Positions 7,315 to 16,910 of a stretch of DNA of 30,231 nucleotides are shown here, one piece after another. Numbering within the stretch: position 1 is the stretch's first letter; each line of letters starts with the position of its first letter. The notes below the pieces were generated by a model that saw nothing but the letters and a program-made list of their open reading frames with translations, searched no databases and was not told where the DNA came from. The position numbers were made by a program, and so were the translations under genes. The stretch is from an uncultured archaeon (GTDB lineage Archaea; Asgardarchaeota; Lokiarchaeia; Sigyniarchaeales; SOKP01), in contig CAZOYD010000043.1 of the NCBI GenBank assembly GCA_964583985.1, positions 1-30,231 on the forward strand. Reading direction: 5' to 3'.

Positions 7315-8802
7315 TTAATTATTTGCTTGTTTTAATTTTTCAATAGTTCTTTCAGCAGTTTCTCTTACATCGGGGTCCTCATCACTCCTAAATTTGGAAA
7401 GCAAACTCTTCACTTCAGGATTTTTAAATTTGAAAAATGCTTTGATTAAGTACAATTTAACTATCCAATCTGGATCCGTTATCATATTTTTTAATGCCTG
7501 AAAGGTTTTTTCACTATTTATTAGACTTAACATTTTAATCGCACTTGTTTTTATTTCCCTTTCGGGATGGTTCAAATCAAGAATTAATTGATCGATAATT
7601 TGATTTTTATTTTTATGGTCTAATGATTGCAGCATCATCAAAAACAAATTTTGCGGTAATGAATTAAATGAGAGCGTTTTGGGGGGCGTTAGTTGAGAAG
7701 AAGGTTCTTGTTGTTGTTTCTGCATTTTTACCTCTTGATTCTTAAGTTCAATAATGAGCTCATTGAGTTGTTGGTTGGTGTTTTCATTACGGATCAATTC
7801 TTGACTTATTAAACCTAATTCTGATTCCTTTTCGTTCAATATTCTAGTAAATTCTTCTTGTTGTTTAGTCATCAATTCTTCGTGCTCCGTAATTTTCTCT
7901 TCCAAAAGCTCTTTTTTTTCTTTTAAATCAAGAATTCGATTATCCTTTGCACTTATTTCTTGTAAGAAATTGATCTTGTCCGTTTCTAAATCTGAAATGA
8001 TATCGAGAAGTTCGTCAATGGTTCTGGAATTGTTTCGTAATTTGGTTAATTCTTCATCTTCTTGGATTTGAAGTGAATCAATTTTGTTTTTTAAAAAAGT
8101 AACTTTTTCCTGAGTTTCATTTAAATCTCGAGTAAGAGTATCTATTTCTTGATTGGCTAAATTTAAGTTGTTTTGATAATTTTTATTAGCATTCGTTGCT
8201 TCTTGAAATTTCTCTTGTAATTCATTACGTTCTGCTTTCAAGGATTCAATTTTTACTCTATGCAATCCATTTTCTTCTGTTAATTGAAAGATTATTTTCT
8301 TTGCATCAATAAGCTCTTGATACTCATCATTTTCCACTCCACTTGCGAAGAATTTTCCTTCTTTTTCTAATTCTTCAATTACGTTCTTTAGAGTTTCGAT
8401 TTCGGATTGTTTTTTCTTGTTATCATCTGTTAATTGTGTAATCCAACTGCGAGCATCATTTAATTCTTCATTTATCTCAAACTCATTATGAGTGAGTTCT
8501 AAAGATTTGGTAAGTTCTTCAATGCTTTGCTCTAAAATCTTAATGTGCTTATCTTTTTTATTAATATCTTCCCTTTGATTGGTAATTAAATCCTTTAATA
8601 TTATAACATCTTCAGGAATATCTGAATCCTCATACTTAGATAATCTATTTCCTTGATTCGTGATAATTCTTTTTTGCTCATTAACTCTTAAATTTAATCT
8701 TTGTACTTCCTCTTTTAAATATTTAATCACAGTAACTAAATCTGTATGTGCTTTATTGGCAGAATCTATCGATTCTATTAAATCCCTCAATTCTCTACTC
8801 AT
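7315..8802 (-). CDS. Long coiled-coil protein with C-terminal HEAT repeats
   Basis: About 360 aa of E/K/L/N heptad-like sequence, a Q/P/S linker, then DPDWIVKLYLIKAF and DEDPDVRETA HEAT-like repeats. Confidence 0.82.
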   Translation of the reverse strand: MSRELRDLIESIDSANKAHTDLVTVIKYLKEEVQRLNLRVNEQKRIITNQGNRLSKYEDSDIPEDVIILKDLITNQREDINKKDKHIKILEQSIEELTKSLELTHNEFEINEELNDARSWITQLTDDNKKKQSEIETLKNVIEELEKEGKFFASGVENDEYQELIDAKKIIFQLTEENGLHRVKIESLKAERNELQEKFQEATNANKNYQNNLNLANQEIDTLTRDLNETQEKVTFLKNKIDSLQIQEDEELTKLRNNSRTIDELLDIISDLETDKINFLQEISAKDNRILDLKEKKELLEEKITEHEELMTKQQEEFTRILNEKESELGLISQELIRNENTNQQLNELIIELKNQEVKMQKQQQEPSSQLTPPKTLSFNSLPQNLFLMMLQSLDHKNKNQIIDQLILDLNHPEREIKTSAIKMLSLINSEKTFQALKNMITDPDWIVKLYLIKAFFKFKNPEVKSLLSKFRSDEDPDVRETAERTIEKLKQANN

Positions 8803-9083
8803 AGAAATGTACCTTTCAATGTTCTTTTTTTAAAAATTTAAAAATGCCTTACTAATATAAGAATTAATTTTAATGAAACTAACTTGCTTAACTAATAAAT
8901 AGAGATGATTTTAATAAATTTATATAATATTTCGATAAGTAAGATTTTTATCAGATTTAATTAGACCCTACTTGAATTATACTGATTTAAAACATAACCT
9001 TTAAAAATATAGTTAATCATTATTTCTTTAAAAATAAACACATTAGAGTTAAAATATCAATGTGAAAGGTGAGAGGTCTTTTG

Positions 9084-9275
9084 ATGTTGAATGAAGAATT
9101 AAATGAAGAGACCAATTATAATAAAGATCTTGAACAAGATTACGAAGACTATGGAGATGAAGATGATTGGGAAGACTATGGAGATGAAGACGATTATAAT
9201 GACGGCGAATGGGACGAAATTGATGGCGATTCTGACGATTCATATGATGATTCTGATGATTGGGAAGACTATTAG
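9084..9275 (+). CDS. Small, extremely acidic Asp/Glu/Tyr/Trp-rich protein
   Basis: MLNEELNEE...EDYGDEDDWEDYGDEDDY...DDWEDY; GAGAGG upstream of ATG 9084 (alternative GTG 9069). Confidence 0.55.
   Translation: MLNEELNEETNYNKDLEQDYEDYGDEDDWEDYGDEDDYNDGEWDEIDGDSDDSYDDSDDWEDY
9144..9197 (+). repeat. Tandem 27-nt in-frame repeat (2 copies, plus a partial copy at 9255-9272)
   Basis: GAAGACTATGGAGATGAAGATGATTGG / GAAGACTATGGAGATGAAGACGATTAT; GATGATTGGGAAGACTAT recurs at 9162 and 9255. Confidence 0.8.
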
Positions 9276-9339
9276 TAATAAATCTTGGTCAAGTATTAAA
9301 AAATAGAATATAACAAAAAATTTTTTTTACCTTATTATT

Positions 9340-9816
9340 TTATACTATTGTAATTTTGGTAATTTTATCTCCTTGCCTGATTGCATTTACCACATTTTGA
9401 TCTGCTTGACTTTCGACTTCACCGAATATTGTATGTTTATTCGTCAACCAGTCCGTTATAATATGTGTAATAAAAAACTGACTTCCATTAGTGTTTGGAC
9501 CTGAATTTGCCATTGCTAATAATCCCGGTTTATCAAATACTCTTCCACTCTTAAATTCATCAGCGAAAGGATACGAAATTTGTTTTCCTTGAAAAGGGAA
9601 TGATGTAATTCCTTTTTTACGGGGTCCATCTCGTCCTGTTCCAGAAGGGCAACCTCCTTGAATCATGAAGTTATCAATAACTCTATGAAAATTTAATCCA
9701 TTATAAAATCCTTGACGGACAAGAAAGATAAAACTGGCAACTGTTTTTGGTGAATCAATATCAAATAAATTTAAATTGATATCTCCTTTGCTTGTAGAAA
9801 TTATAGCTTTAGTCAT
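9340..9816 (-). CDS. Cyclophilin-type peptidyl-prolyl cis-trans isomerase
   Basis: FYNGLNFHRVIDNFMIQGG, AMANSGPNTNGSQFFIT, WLTNKHTIFG. Likely start MTKAII at 9816. Confidence 0.95.
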   Translation of the reverse strand: MTKAIISTSKGDINLNLFDIDSPKTVASFIFLVRQGFYNGLNFHRVIDNFMIQGGCPSGTGRDGPRKKGITSFPFQGKQISYPFADEFKSGRVFDKPGLLAMANSGPNTNGSQFFITHIITDWLTNKHTIFGEVESQADQNVVNAIRQGDKITKITIV

Positions 9817-9955
9817 AAGTAATAAAAGTGTATTAAAATTATAAATTTTTATTAAAAAATTCATATAGAATCAATCTTTAATAATAATATTGGATAGTGA
9901 TCGACTAACCTATATAGTATTATTACTTAAATAGCTACTCGTGGAGTTACTTGGA

Positions 9956-12136
9956 ATGACCAGCAAGGAAGATATCTCATTTTTCTTTAATCCGGAAAGC
10001 ATAGCTATCATTGGAGCAAGTTCTACTCCCGGAAAAGTTGGATATAACGTGTTAAATAATATAAAAGTTTCTGGATATTCCGGAAAAGTATATCCTATCA
10101 ATCCAAAAGCTGATACATTTCATGAAATTGCTGGATATAAAGCTTATAAGAATGTATTAGATGTTCCCGGAACAATTGATATCGCGATCTTTGTGATTCC
10201 TGGTAAATTGGTACTTCCTGTGGCGGAAGAATGCGGTCGAAAAAAAATAAAGGGTCTCATTGTTATTACTGCTGGGTTTAAAGAAATCGGTGTGGAAGGA
10301 CAACAACGAGAAAAAGAATTAGTTCAAATTGCACGAAAGTATAATATGAGAATTATTGGTCCTAATTGTTTAGGTTTTATTGGATTAAATTACAATGGTT
10401 CTTTTGCTTCTGAAACTCCTAAAAAAGGAAATATCGCAATGATATCTCAATCAGGTGCTTTTTTAACAGCTTTTATGGACTTTTCGATGGAACAACCATA
10501 TGGATTTTCATGCAATATTAGCTTGGGAAATAAGGCCGATCTGGATTCTGTTGATTTTATCAAATACTTGGCTGATGATCCTGATACTAAGGTAATTTTA
10601 TGCTACTTGGAAAGCATTGAGAATGGCAAAAAATTTCTTGAAGTGGTTTCAAGAGCTACACGAAAAAAACCGATAATAATTTTAAAGGCAGGTGTCAGTG
10701 AAGCTGGAGCAAGGGCAGCATCAAGTCATACTGGTGCTTTAGCAGGATTAGATATTGCCTATGAATTAGCATTTAATAAATGTGGTGTTATAAGGGCACA
10801 AACAATAGAAGATTTATTTGATTATGGTGAAATATTTCTATTTCAACCCATTCCGCGTGAAAATGCATTTGCAATAATTACTAATGCAGGAGGTCCCGGA
10901 ATCGTAGCAACTGATGCTTTTGAACGTGAACAAATCAAATTCGCGCGATTTTCAGAACCAATCCTCCATCTATTAAGAGAGAGCTTACCCCCAGAGGCAG
11001 CTATTTTCAACCCGATAGATCTGATCGGAGATGCACCACCAGATCGATATCGTTTTACCATTGAAACTGTGTTTGGGTTGAAACGAGAAAATAGTGATAA
11101 TACGATTCAAAGTGATGACATTACCACCTATGGTGCTCTAATATTGATGAGTCCTCAAGCTCAAACTCATCCTGATGATGTAGCATCACTCATATTGGAA
11201 TTATGCACTTCAAAATTATCCGATAAACCGCTTGTCTGTGCTTTTCTTGGCGAGAAATCTGTAAAAAAAGCAAGACAATTCTTAAAACAAAACAGAATAC
11301 CTTGTTATCCTTTTCCTGAGCGAGGTGCTAGATCTCTAAAAGCATTAATAAATAGGAGAGAATATTTAAATTCTAATTTATTTGATGAGATTGAATTACC
11401 AAAATATGATGTGAATCAAGATAGAGTTAAAGAGATTTTTGAAAGCGCTCGTAATGATGGAAGAACAGTTTTGCTTAGCTATGAAACCTGCGAAGTTTTT
11501 GAATGTTATGGTATTAAGTCTCCTAAATCTCGTTTAGCAAAAACCCCTCGAGAAGCAATGGACATGCAAAAAGAACTAGGGAAAAGCGTGATGAAAATCG
11601 TAAGCCCTCAGATCATTCATAAAACTGATGTTGGTGGTTTAATTAAGGATATTGAAACTCCAGAACAAGCATTTGAAGCGTATATTCAAATTATCGATAA
11701 TACTAAACGATTTGGTCCACAAAATGTAAAGATTTATGGCGTCGAAGTCCAAGAAATGATAGATTTTAATCAAGAAAAGAAAATTAATGAACTGATTATA
11801 GGCATGTCACGAGATGCTCAATTTGGACCGCTAATCATGATTGGATCGGGGGGAATATATGCTAATTTTCTCAAAGATGTAGCCTTTGCACTTTCATACA
11901 ACTTTTCCAGAGATGACGCCATTGAAATGCTTCAAAAAACGAAGATTTATAGTCTTCTACAAGGAGTACGCGGAGAAAGTCCGTCTGATATTGATGCAAT
12001 ATTAGAAGTTTTATTGAGACTCTCTCAATTAGTCAATGATTTTCCGGATATAATGGAATTGGATATAAATCCACTGTTAAGCTTTACAAAATCATATAGC
12101 GCCGTAGATATTAAAATAACCATATCAAGGCAATAA
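9956..12136 (+). CDS. acd: Acetate/acyl-CoA ligase (ADP-forming), fused alpha-beta
   Basis: IAIIGAS CoA-binding domain, GPNCLG, SQSGA, phospho-His ASSHTGAL, TNAGGPG, ATP-grasp IIHKTDVGG, ELDINP. GGAG precedes ATG 9956 (ORF track start GTG 9941). Confidence 0.92.
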   Translation: MTSKEDISFFFNPESIAIIGASSTPGKVGYNVLNNIKVSGYSGKVYPINPKADTFHEIAGYKAYKNVLDVPGTIDIAIFVIPGKLVLPVAEECGRKKIKGLIVITAGFKEIGVEGQQREKELVQIARKYNMRIIGPNCLGFIGLNYNGSFASETPKKGNIAMISQSGAFLTAFMDFSMEQPYGFSCNISLGNKADLDSVDFIKYLADDPDTKVILCYLESIENGKKFLEVVSRATRKKPIIILKAGVSEAGARAASSHTGALAGLDIAYELAFNKCGVIRAQTIEDLFDYGEIFLFQPIPRENAFAIITNAGGPGIVATDAFEREQIKFARFSEPILHLLRESLPPEAAIFNPIDLIGDAPPDRYRFTIETVFGLKRENSDNTIQSDDITTYGALILMSPQAQTHPDDVASLILELCTSKLSDKPLVCAFLGEKSVKKARQFLKQNRIPCYPFPERGARSLKALINRREYLNSNLFDEIELPKYDVNQDRVKEIFESARNDGRTVLLSYETCEVFECYGIKSPKSRLAKTPREAMDMQKELGKSVMKIVSPQIIHKTDVGGLIKDIETPEQAFEAYIQIIDNTKRFGPQNVKIYGVEVQEMIDFNQEKKINELIIGMSRDAQFGPLIMIGSGGIYANFLKDVAFALSYNFSRDDAIEMLQKTKIYSLLQGVRGESPSDIDAILEVLLRLSQLVNDFPDIMELDINPLLSFTKSYSAVDIKITISRQ

Positions 12137-12186
12137 TTAATATTATAATAATTAATAATAGATAATAATAAAAAGGGAACTGAAAA

Positions 12187-13251
12187 ATGGTCAAAGCAAT
12201 ATATTTATGCTCTTTGAGTGAACATGTTGGAAAGTCCTTATTGGCAATAGGCATCATGCTCAACTTACAAGAGCAAGGAAAAAAGGTCGCTTATTTTAAA
12301 CCAATAGGCATTCCTAAAGGTGCATTCTCCGATAAAGCCGATCGAGATGTAGGTTTTATTCAAAATACGGTATTCAAGACGGATTTACCATATAACATCA
12401 TAAGCCCTGTTTCCATACCAGACTGTTATTATGTTGATTTAATTGATTCATCACGAAAGGGAGATTATTTACTTGCGATAAAGCAAGCATACGAAGAACT
12501 TGCTAATAATTATGATTACGTCATTATTGAAGGAGCACCTTCGATAAAAAAATACATTAGAGTTGGTTTAGATGATGTTACGGTCGCAAAATCACTAAAT
12601 ATAAACGAATTGGTATATATTCAAACTGAATCTTCTGATAAATGCATAGATAGTCTTTTTTTCACCAAGAAATATTTTGAATTTAGAGAAGTCAAAATTA
12701 AGGGAGTGATATTTAATAAAATCGATCACGAGTATGAGGCGCGCATTGAAGAATTAAAAGAAAATCACATTGAAAGATATAACATTCCAATCATAGCAAT
12801 AGTTGAAAAAAGCTTAGAATTACTGAGCCCCCGAGTTTCAGAGCTCCAATGGGCGATTGGGGGCGAATTATTGAATGAAATAGCAATTGAGGGATTAGAT
12901 CAAATCGTAGAAACTTATCTAATAGCAGCGATGAACGTGCAAGCTGCTTTAAAGTACTTGCGTTCTGTGAAAAAAGCCGCAGTAATCACTGGTGGTGATA
13001 GAACCGATGTTGCACTTGCTGCTTTAAACGAAAATGTCTCTGTTTTAATATTAACAGGATTCATTCAACCCGATGCAGCTGTTATAAATGAAGCAAACAA
13101 GAAGAAGATTCCAATTCTTCTTTCTCCTTCTGATACATATACGACAATGCGTAACATGGAACGCGTTAAACCTAGTATTCAAGAACAAGAAATAAATCTT
13201 GTGAAAGATTTAGTTAAGAAACAGTTTAACTGGGAAATCTTGTTAAAATAA
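12187..13251 (+). CDS. Phosphotransacetylase N-terminal-like protein (BioD-like P-loop + DRTGG domain), no catalytic PTA domain
   Basis: HVGKSLL, AYFKPIG, VIIEGA, ITGGDRTDV, LILTG. Confidence 0.88.
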   Translation: MVKAIYLCSLSEHVGKSLLAIGIMLNLQEQGKKVAYFKPIGIPKGAFSDKADRDVGFIQNTVFKTDLPYNIISPVSIPDCYYVDLIDSSRKGDYLLAIKQAYEELANNYDYVIIEGAPSIKKYIRVGLDDVTVAKSLNINELVYIQTESSDKCIDSLFFTKKYFEFREVKIKGVIFNKIDHEYEARIEELKENHIERYNIPIIAIVEKSLELLSPRVSELQWAIGGELLNEIAIEGLDQIVETYLIAAMNVQAALKYLRSVKKAAVITGGDRTDVALAALNENVSVLILTGFIQPDAAVINEANKKKIPILLSPSDTYTTMRNMERVKPSIQEQEINLVKDLVKKQFNWEILLK

Positions 13252-13884
13252 TTAATCAGGTTTCTTTTTCCTCTTTTTCCTTTTTTCAAGTTGTTTAGAA
13301 AAGTCATCAAAGTGATTCATAAAATCATTTACTTTGAACTTAGTCATGTTACCCCTAATAGTGGTAAATCCACTACATTTTCCCCAAGAAAAGGGAGTCT
13401 CACATTTATAACAAGTTCTTAAAAACCCTAAAACGTGATAAAAATTTAAAACTCCTAACAAAATGGTAAATGTATATATAAATATTATATAATTTATCAA
13501 TACAGGATTTGGTAAAGACCATATCCCCCAAAATAAAAATGCTGAACCCACACCAATCAAGAATTTCTGTAAAATCTTCACAAATTTCACTCGTGTGAGA
13601 TGTAAAGGACTCATAAAAAAAGTACTGATAAGAATAATAGCAATTATAAAAAAGTTATAATTAGGAATAATGTCAGTAATATTCAAGTAATTTATCAATA
13701 TTATACCGATAATTGCTGTTGGATATCCAATAAAACACCCAATACAAAATCTTACTTTTCCAATGCTAATAGTATGATTATCAAATTTATCGCATTCTGG
13801 ATGATGGCTCAATAACAAAGGCCAAAAAGATAAAATTGCTAATAAACTAGTTAAAAATTTATTTCTTTTCTGTTTTTTAACCAT
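13252..13884 (-). CDS. Cys/His-containing membrane protein (DUF2085-like)
   Basis: LSHHPEC...RFCIGCFIGY, several TM helices, CYKC..C near C-terminus. Start MVKKQ at 13884 (ORF track 13902). Confidence 0.7.
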   Translation of the reverse strand: MVKKQKRNKFLTSLLAILSFWPLLLSHHPECDKFDNHTISIGKVRFCIGCFIGYPTAIIGIILINYLNITDIIPNYNFFIIAIILISTFFMSPLHLTRVKFVKILQKFLIGVGSAFLFWGIWSLPNPVLINYIIFIYTFTILLGVLNFYHVLGFLRTCYKCETPFSWGKCSGFTTIRGNMTKFKVNDFMNHFDDFSKQLEKRKKRKKKPD

Positions 13885-14009
13885 GAGAATGGATATAATC
13901 AATAATTACTATTGAAATCAAATAGTCGACTCTTTATAAAGAATTTCCCCAAGAGTTGTAATACAAAATGTAATGTAAAAAAAAATAAAATAAATTTTAA
14001 AAAGCATAT

Positions 14010-14276
14010 TTATGGCAAAAACGCGCCTAATCCTATCATTGATAATATCACTGCTAAGAAAAGTAGAGCTACAGCCACGCAAACGAAGCTTATGATGCCA
14101 AGAACCAATCCCGCGATTGCCATTCCATTCGAATCATCTTTCATTATCCCAATTATACCAAAAATGACGGCTACAATAGGAAATAGCCATGGGACAAAAG
14201 GAATTGGAATTATCCAAGCACAACATAAACCAATTAATCCAAAAATTAAAGAAATAATACCATTTGTGTTCGACAT
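14010..14276 (-). CDS. Small membrane protein (DUF4190-like)
   Basis: GIISLIFGLIG...VIFGIIG...GMAIAGLVLGII pattern. Confidence 0.78.
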   Translation of the reverse strand: MSNTNGIISLIFGLIGLCCAWIIPIPFVPWLFPIVAVIFGIIGIMKDDSNGMAIAGLVLGIISFVCVAVALLFLAVILSMIGLGAFLP

Positions 14277-14827
14277 TTTTTTCCCTTTTTATTATAAGTC
14301 ATACATTTGAAATGTATAGTATTATTGGATTAAAACTTGTATTTAAAGTTAGTGTAATTTGTATCATTGTTTATATTTTAAGGTTAGATTTGGGAATTTT
14401 TTAAAAAATAAATATATACTAGGAGAATATAAATGTCTTCCCTTTTTCTTATTCTTTTTTATTATTAAACTCCTTACAAATATCGATGATTTATTCGAAA
14501 AGTACCTTTCTGGTCCATCTTGGCAATTCTATATCGATTTTGCTTAGCTTTTTCGCTAACCGCTTCATTTTCTAATCCTTAATCTTAAATTTGAAATTCC
14601 CTTGTTATAAAAAAGGTAATTGAATAAATCAATCGTAATTCTATAACTTATAAAATAAACTGTAAAGATAAAATCATCGATAAAGATTGTTTGTTAGGAA
14701 CATTGTTACAAAATTCAGATAAATAGTCAACTAATTATAGGAATGCGAGGGTGTTTTTTTCCATATTTAAAAATACAATCGCTTTTAGACACTAAAGTAT
14801 AAATCATTTAAAATCTAATTTTATAAT

Positions 14828-15706
14828 ATGGTTGAAACAAATAAGGAAAATCAATTTTTCGAACTAAATGATGGTCGAAAGCTTGGATATGCAGAATATG
14901 GAGATTTAAATGGTAAACCAATATTCCATTTCCATGGACATCCTGGATCTCGTATTGAAGGGAGACTTTTTGGAGAAAAGCCAAAGCAATACGGAATTCA
15001 CATCATATCAGTAGATCGCCCAGGGATTGGACTTTCTGATTTCCAATTTGATCGAAAACTGCTTGATTGGCCAGATGATATTATCGAGTTAGCTGATTAT
15101 ATCGGGTTACAAAAGTTTGTGGTTGAGGGGATCTCAGGAGGAGGTCCTTACGTAGCTGCATGTGCATATAAAATTCATAGAAGGTTAACATGTTGCGGTA
15201 TAATTGCGGGTATAGGATCATATAATTGGAAAAAAAAGGGAATGATGCGTTCGAATCGTATTTCTTTTTTTATTTCACGAAGACTTCCGTTTCTTATAAA
15301 AATGATTGTAAAACTTGAAAAAAAAGCTTTTGAAGACCAAAAATCTATCGAAGAATTTGCAAAATCTCTTCCCGAACCTGACAGAAAAATGTTCCAAGAT
15401 CCACAAATCCTAAATATTATTATAGAAGAATCTAAAGAAGCTTTCCGTAATGGATTAGATGGTGCTATGCTAGAAGAAAAAATATATGCGAGAAGTTGGG
15501 GGTTCGATTTAAAAGACATTTCTCCTGATTTGCAAGTGTATATTTGGCATGGTGATAAGGATGTTTTCGTTCCGAGTTCAATGGGTCATAGAATGAGTGA
15601 ATTAATTCCTAATTGTCAAGGTAATTTCTTTCCTGATGAAGGACATATATCTGTTGCTTATAATCATCTAGATGAAATTCTTGAAACTTTAACATCCGAT
15701 TTTTAA
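14828..15706 (+). CDS. Alpha/beta hydrolase
   Basis: DGRKLGYAEYGD, HFHGHPGSR, DRPGIGLS, nucleophile GISGGG, WHGDKD, EGH. Confidence 0.93.
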   Translation: MVETNKENQFFELNDGRKLGYAEYGDLNGKPIFHFHGHPGSRIEGRLFGEKPKQYGIHIISVDRPGIGLSDFQFDRKLLDWPDDIIELADYIGLQKFVVEGISGGGPYVAACAYKIHRRLTCCGIIAGIGSYNWKKKGMMRSNRISFFISRRLPFLIKMIVKLEKKAFEDQKSIEEFAKSLPEPDRKMFQDPQILNIIIEESKEAFRNGLDGAMLEEKIYARSWGFDLKDISPDLQVYIWHGDKDVFVPSSMGHRMSELIPNCQGNFFPDEGHISVAYNHLDEILETLTSDF

Positions 15707-15751
15707 AGTACTATTTTGAAAATGATTTGAGTATTATTTAAAAAAAAAAGA

Positions 15752-16909
15752 TTATTTGTATTTACCATAGGTCTTGCACGTATCGATCATGGCTTTCACG
15801 TTTTCTAACTTGGCATCATCTGGAATTTCAGACCCTACCATGAGACCTCCTCCTTCGGCGCATCCATCGATAATCTTTTTTACTTCTTTTTCAATCAAGG
15901 AGGGAGTTCCAAGTGTAAAAATGGAGGGTTTAAGATTCCCTTCAATGCACATGTGATCTCCAAGAATCTCTTTCGCTTTAAAAATATCCGTTCTTTCGTC
16001 CATGTGTAGATAAATCTTTCCTTTTGGTAATTCTTTAAAGTAGTGAAGGCGATCGGTCCAATCAGTATCCATGTGAAGTTGCACTATATACCCTTTATTT
16101 ACATATTCCGTTACAATTTTCTTATAATAGGGCCAATACAAATCTTCAAAATGCTTAAGTGATATGAAATCCGCGCTCCCTCGTACCCCACCAACTAAAA
16201 TTGTTTTTCCACCACTTTGAGAAGGACCGTATTGCCCCATCATGATGAAGTTATCCACCAAGAAATCACTAACTTCTTTAATTTTATCAGGATGACGATA
16301 AATATCTTTCATAAAATTGGTGGAACCTCTAAAAATGGAAAGTAAATCGAAAGGAGTGCTACACGCACCATCATTAAAAGTTGGGACCTTGAATTCTGTC
16401 CACCATTTTTTCGTGTATTCTGCAACTTTTGGGCCAATTTTACTAAGTTTCATCATGTCCTTCAATCCTGCTCTTTTAAAATTAGATTTCCAAAGTAAAC
16501 CCTTCTCAATTATCTTATCATAGTCTTCTACCTTAAGGAAAGGATCATCTAATGAGTATTCAACCAGCTGAGGGGATTCTTTAACATCCAACATGCGTCC
16601 AGGTAATCGCCAATCTAAATAAAATATAGAGAAGAAATCTGGAAAGGGATTTACTATCTGCATGTAAAACGACCCACCTGCAAATGCGATGTCAAATCCA
16701 CCGAGCTTGTGATATATCCATTCAAAAGCCCATTGGGATTTTTCAGGGTCCTCGATCATTTCTTGAGCAGTTACATCGATATAGTTTACGGGTAAATAAT
16801 CAATTAAGGGCCATACTGGAACTCTATCTGGTTCTTTTAATTCCATTGCGGTAATAACGCGTTCAACAGAACTCATCGGTTCTTCTTTAATTGGTTCAAA
16901 TTTTTCCAC
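15752..16909 (-). CDS. Uroporphyrinogen decarboxylase / MtaA-CmuA (MT2) methyltransferase family protein
   Basis: ERV..A....EPDRVPVWP, PFDLL..FRG, DIFKAKEILGDHMCIEGNL, CAEGGGLMVGSEIP; immediately downstream of a corrinoid protein gene. Confidence 0.88.
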   Translation of the reverse strand: MEKFEPIKEEPMSSVERVITAMELKEPDRVPVWPLIDYLPVNYIDVTAQEMIEDPEKSQWAFEWIYHKLGGFDIAFAGGSFYMQIVNPFPDFFSIFYLDWRLPGRMLDVKESPQLVEYSLDDPFLKVEDYDKIIEKGLLWKSNFKRAGLKDMMKLSKIGPKVAEYTKKWWTEFKVPTFNDGACSTPFDLLSIFRGSTNFMKDIYRHPDKIKEVSDFLVDNFIMMGQYGPSQSGGKTILVGGVRGSADFISLKHFEDLYWPYYKKIVTEYVNKGYIVQLHMDTDWTDRLHYFKELPKGKIYLHMDERTDIFKAKEILGDHMCIEGNLKPSIFTLGTPSLIEKEVKKIIDGCAEGGGLMVGSEIPDDAKLENVKAMIDTCKTYGKYK

Positions 16910-16910
16910 T

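Noticed and set aside
9049-9306. Alternative frames 9049-9243(-) and 9103-9306(+); possible CRISPR-like repeat
   Set aside because: Frames stay open because of low-complexity sequence. Repeats are adjacent, in-frame and lack spacers.
13912-14310. 132-aa plus-strand ORF
   Set aside because: Antisense to the DUF4190-like membrane gene; composition mirrors hydrophobic codons.
14359-14568. Plus ORF 14359-14547, and minus-strand MKRLAKKLSKIDIELPRWTRKVLFE* (14491-14568) with in-frame continuation
   Set aside because: No recognisable homology. Could be a gene remnant but cannot be supported from sequence alone.
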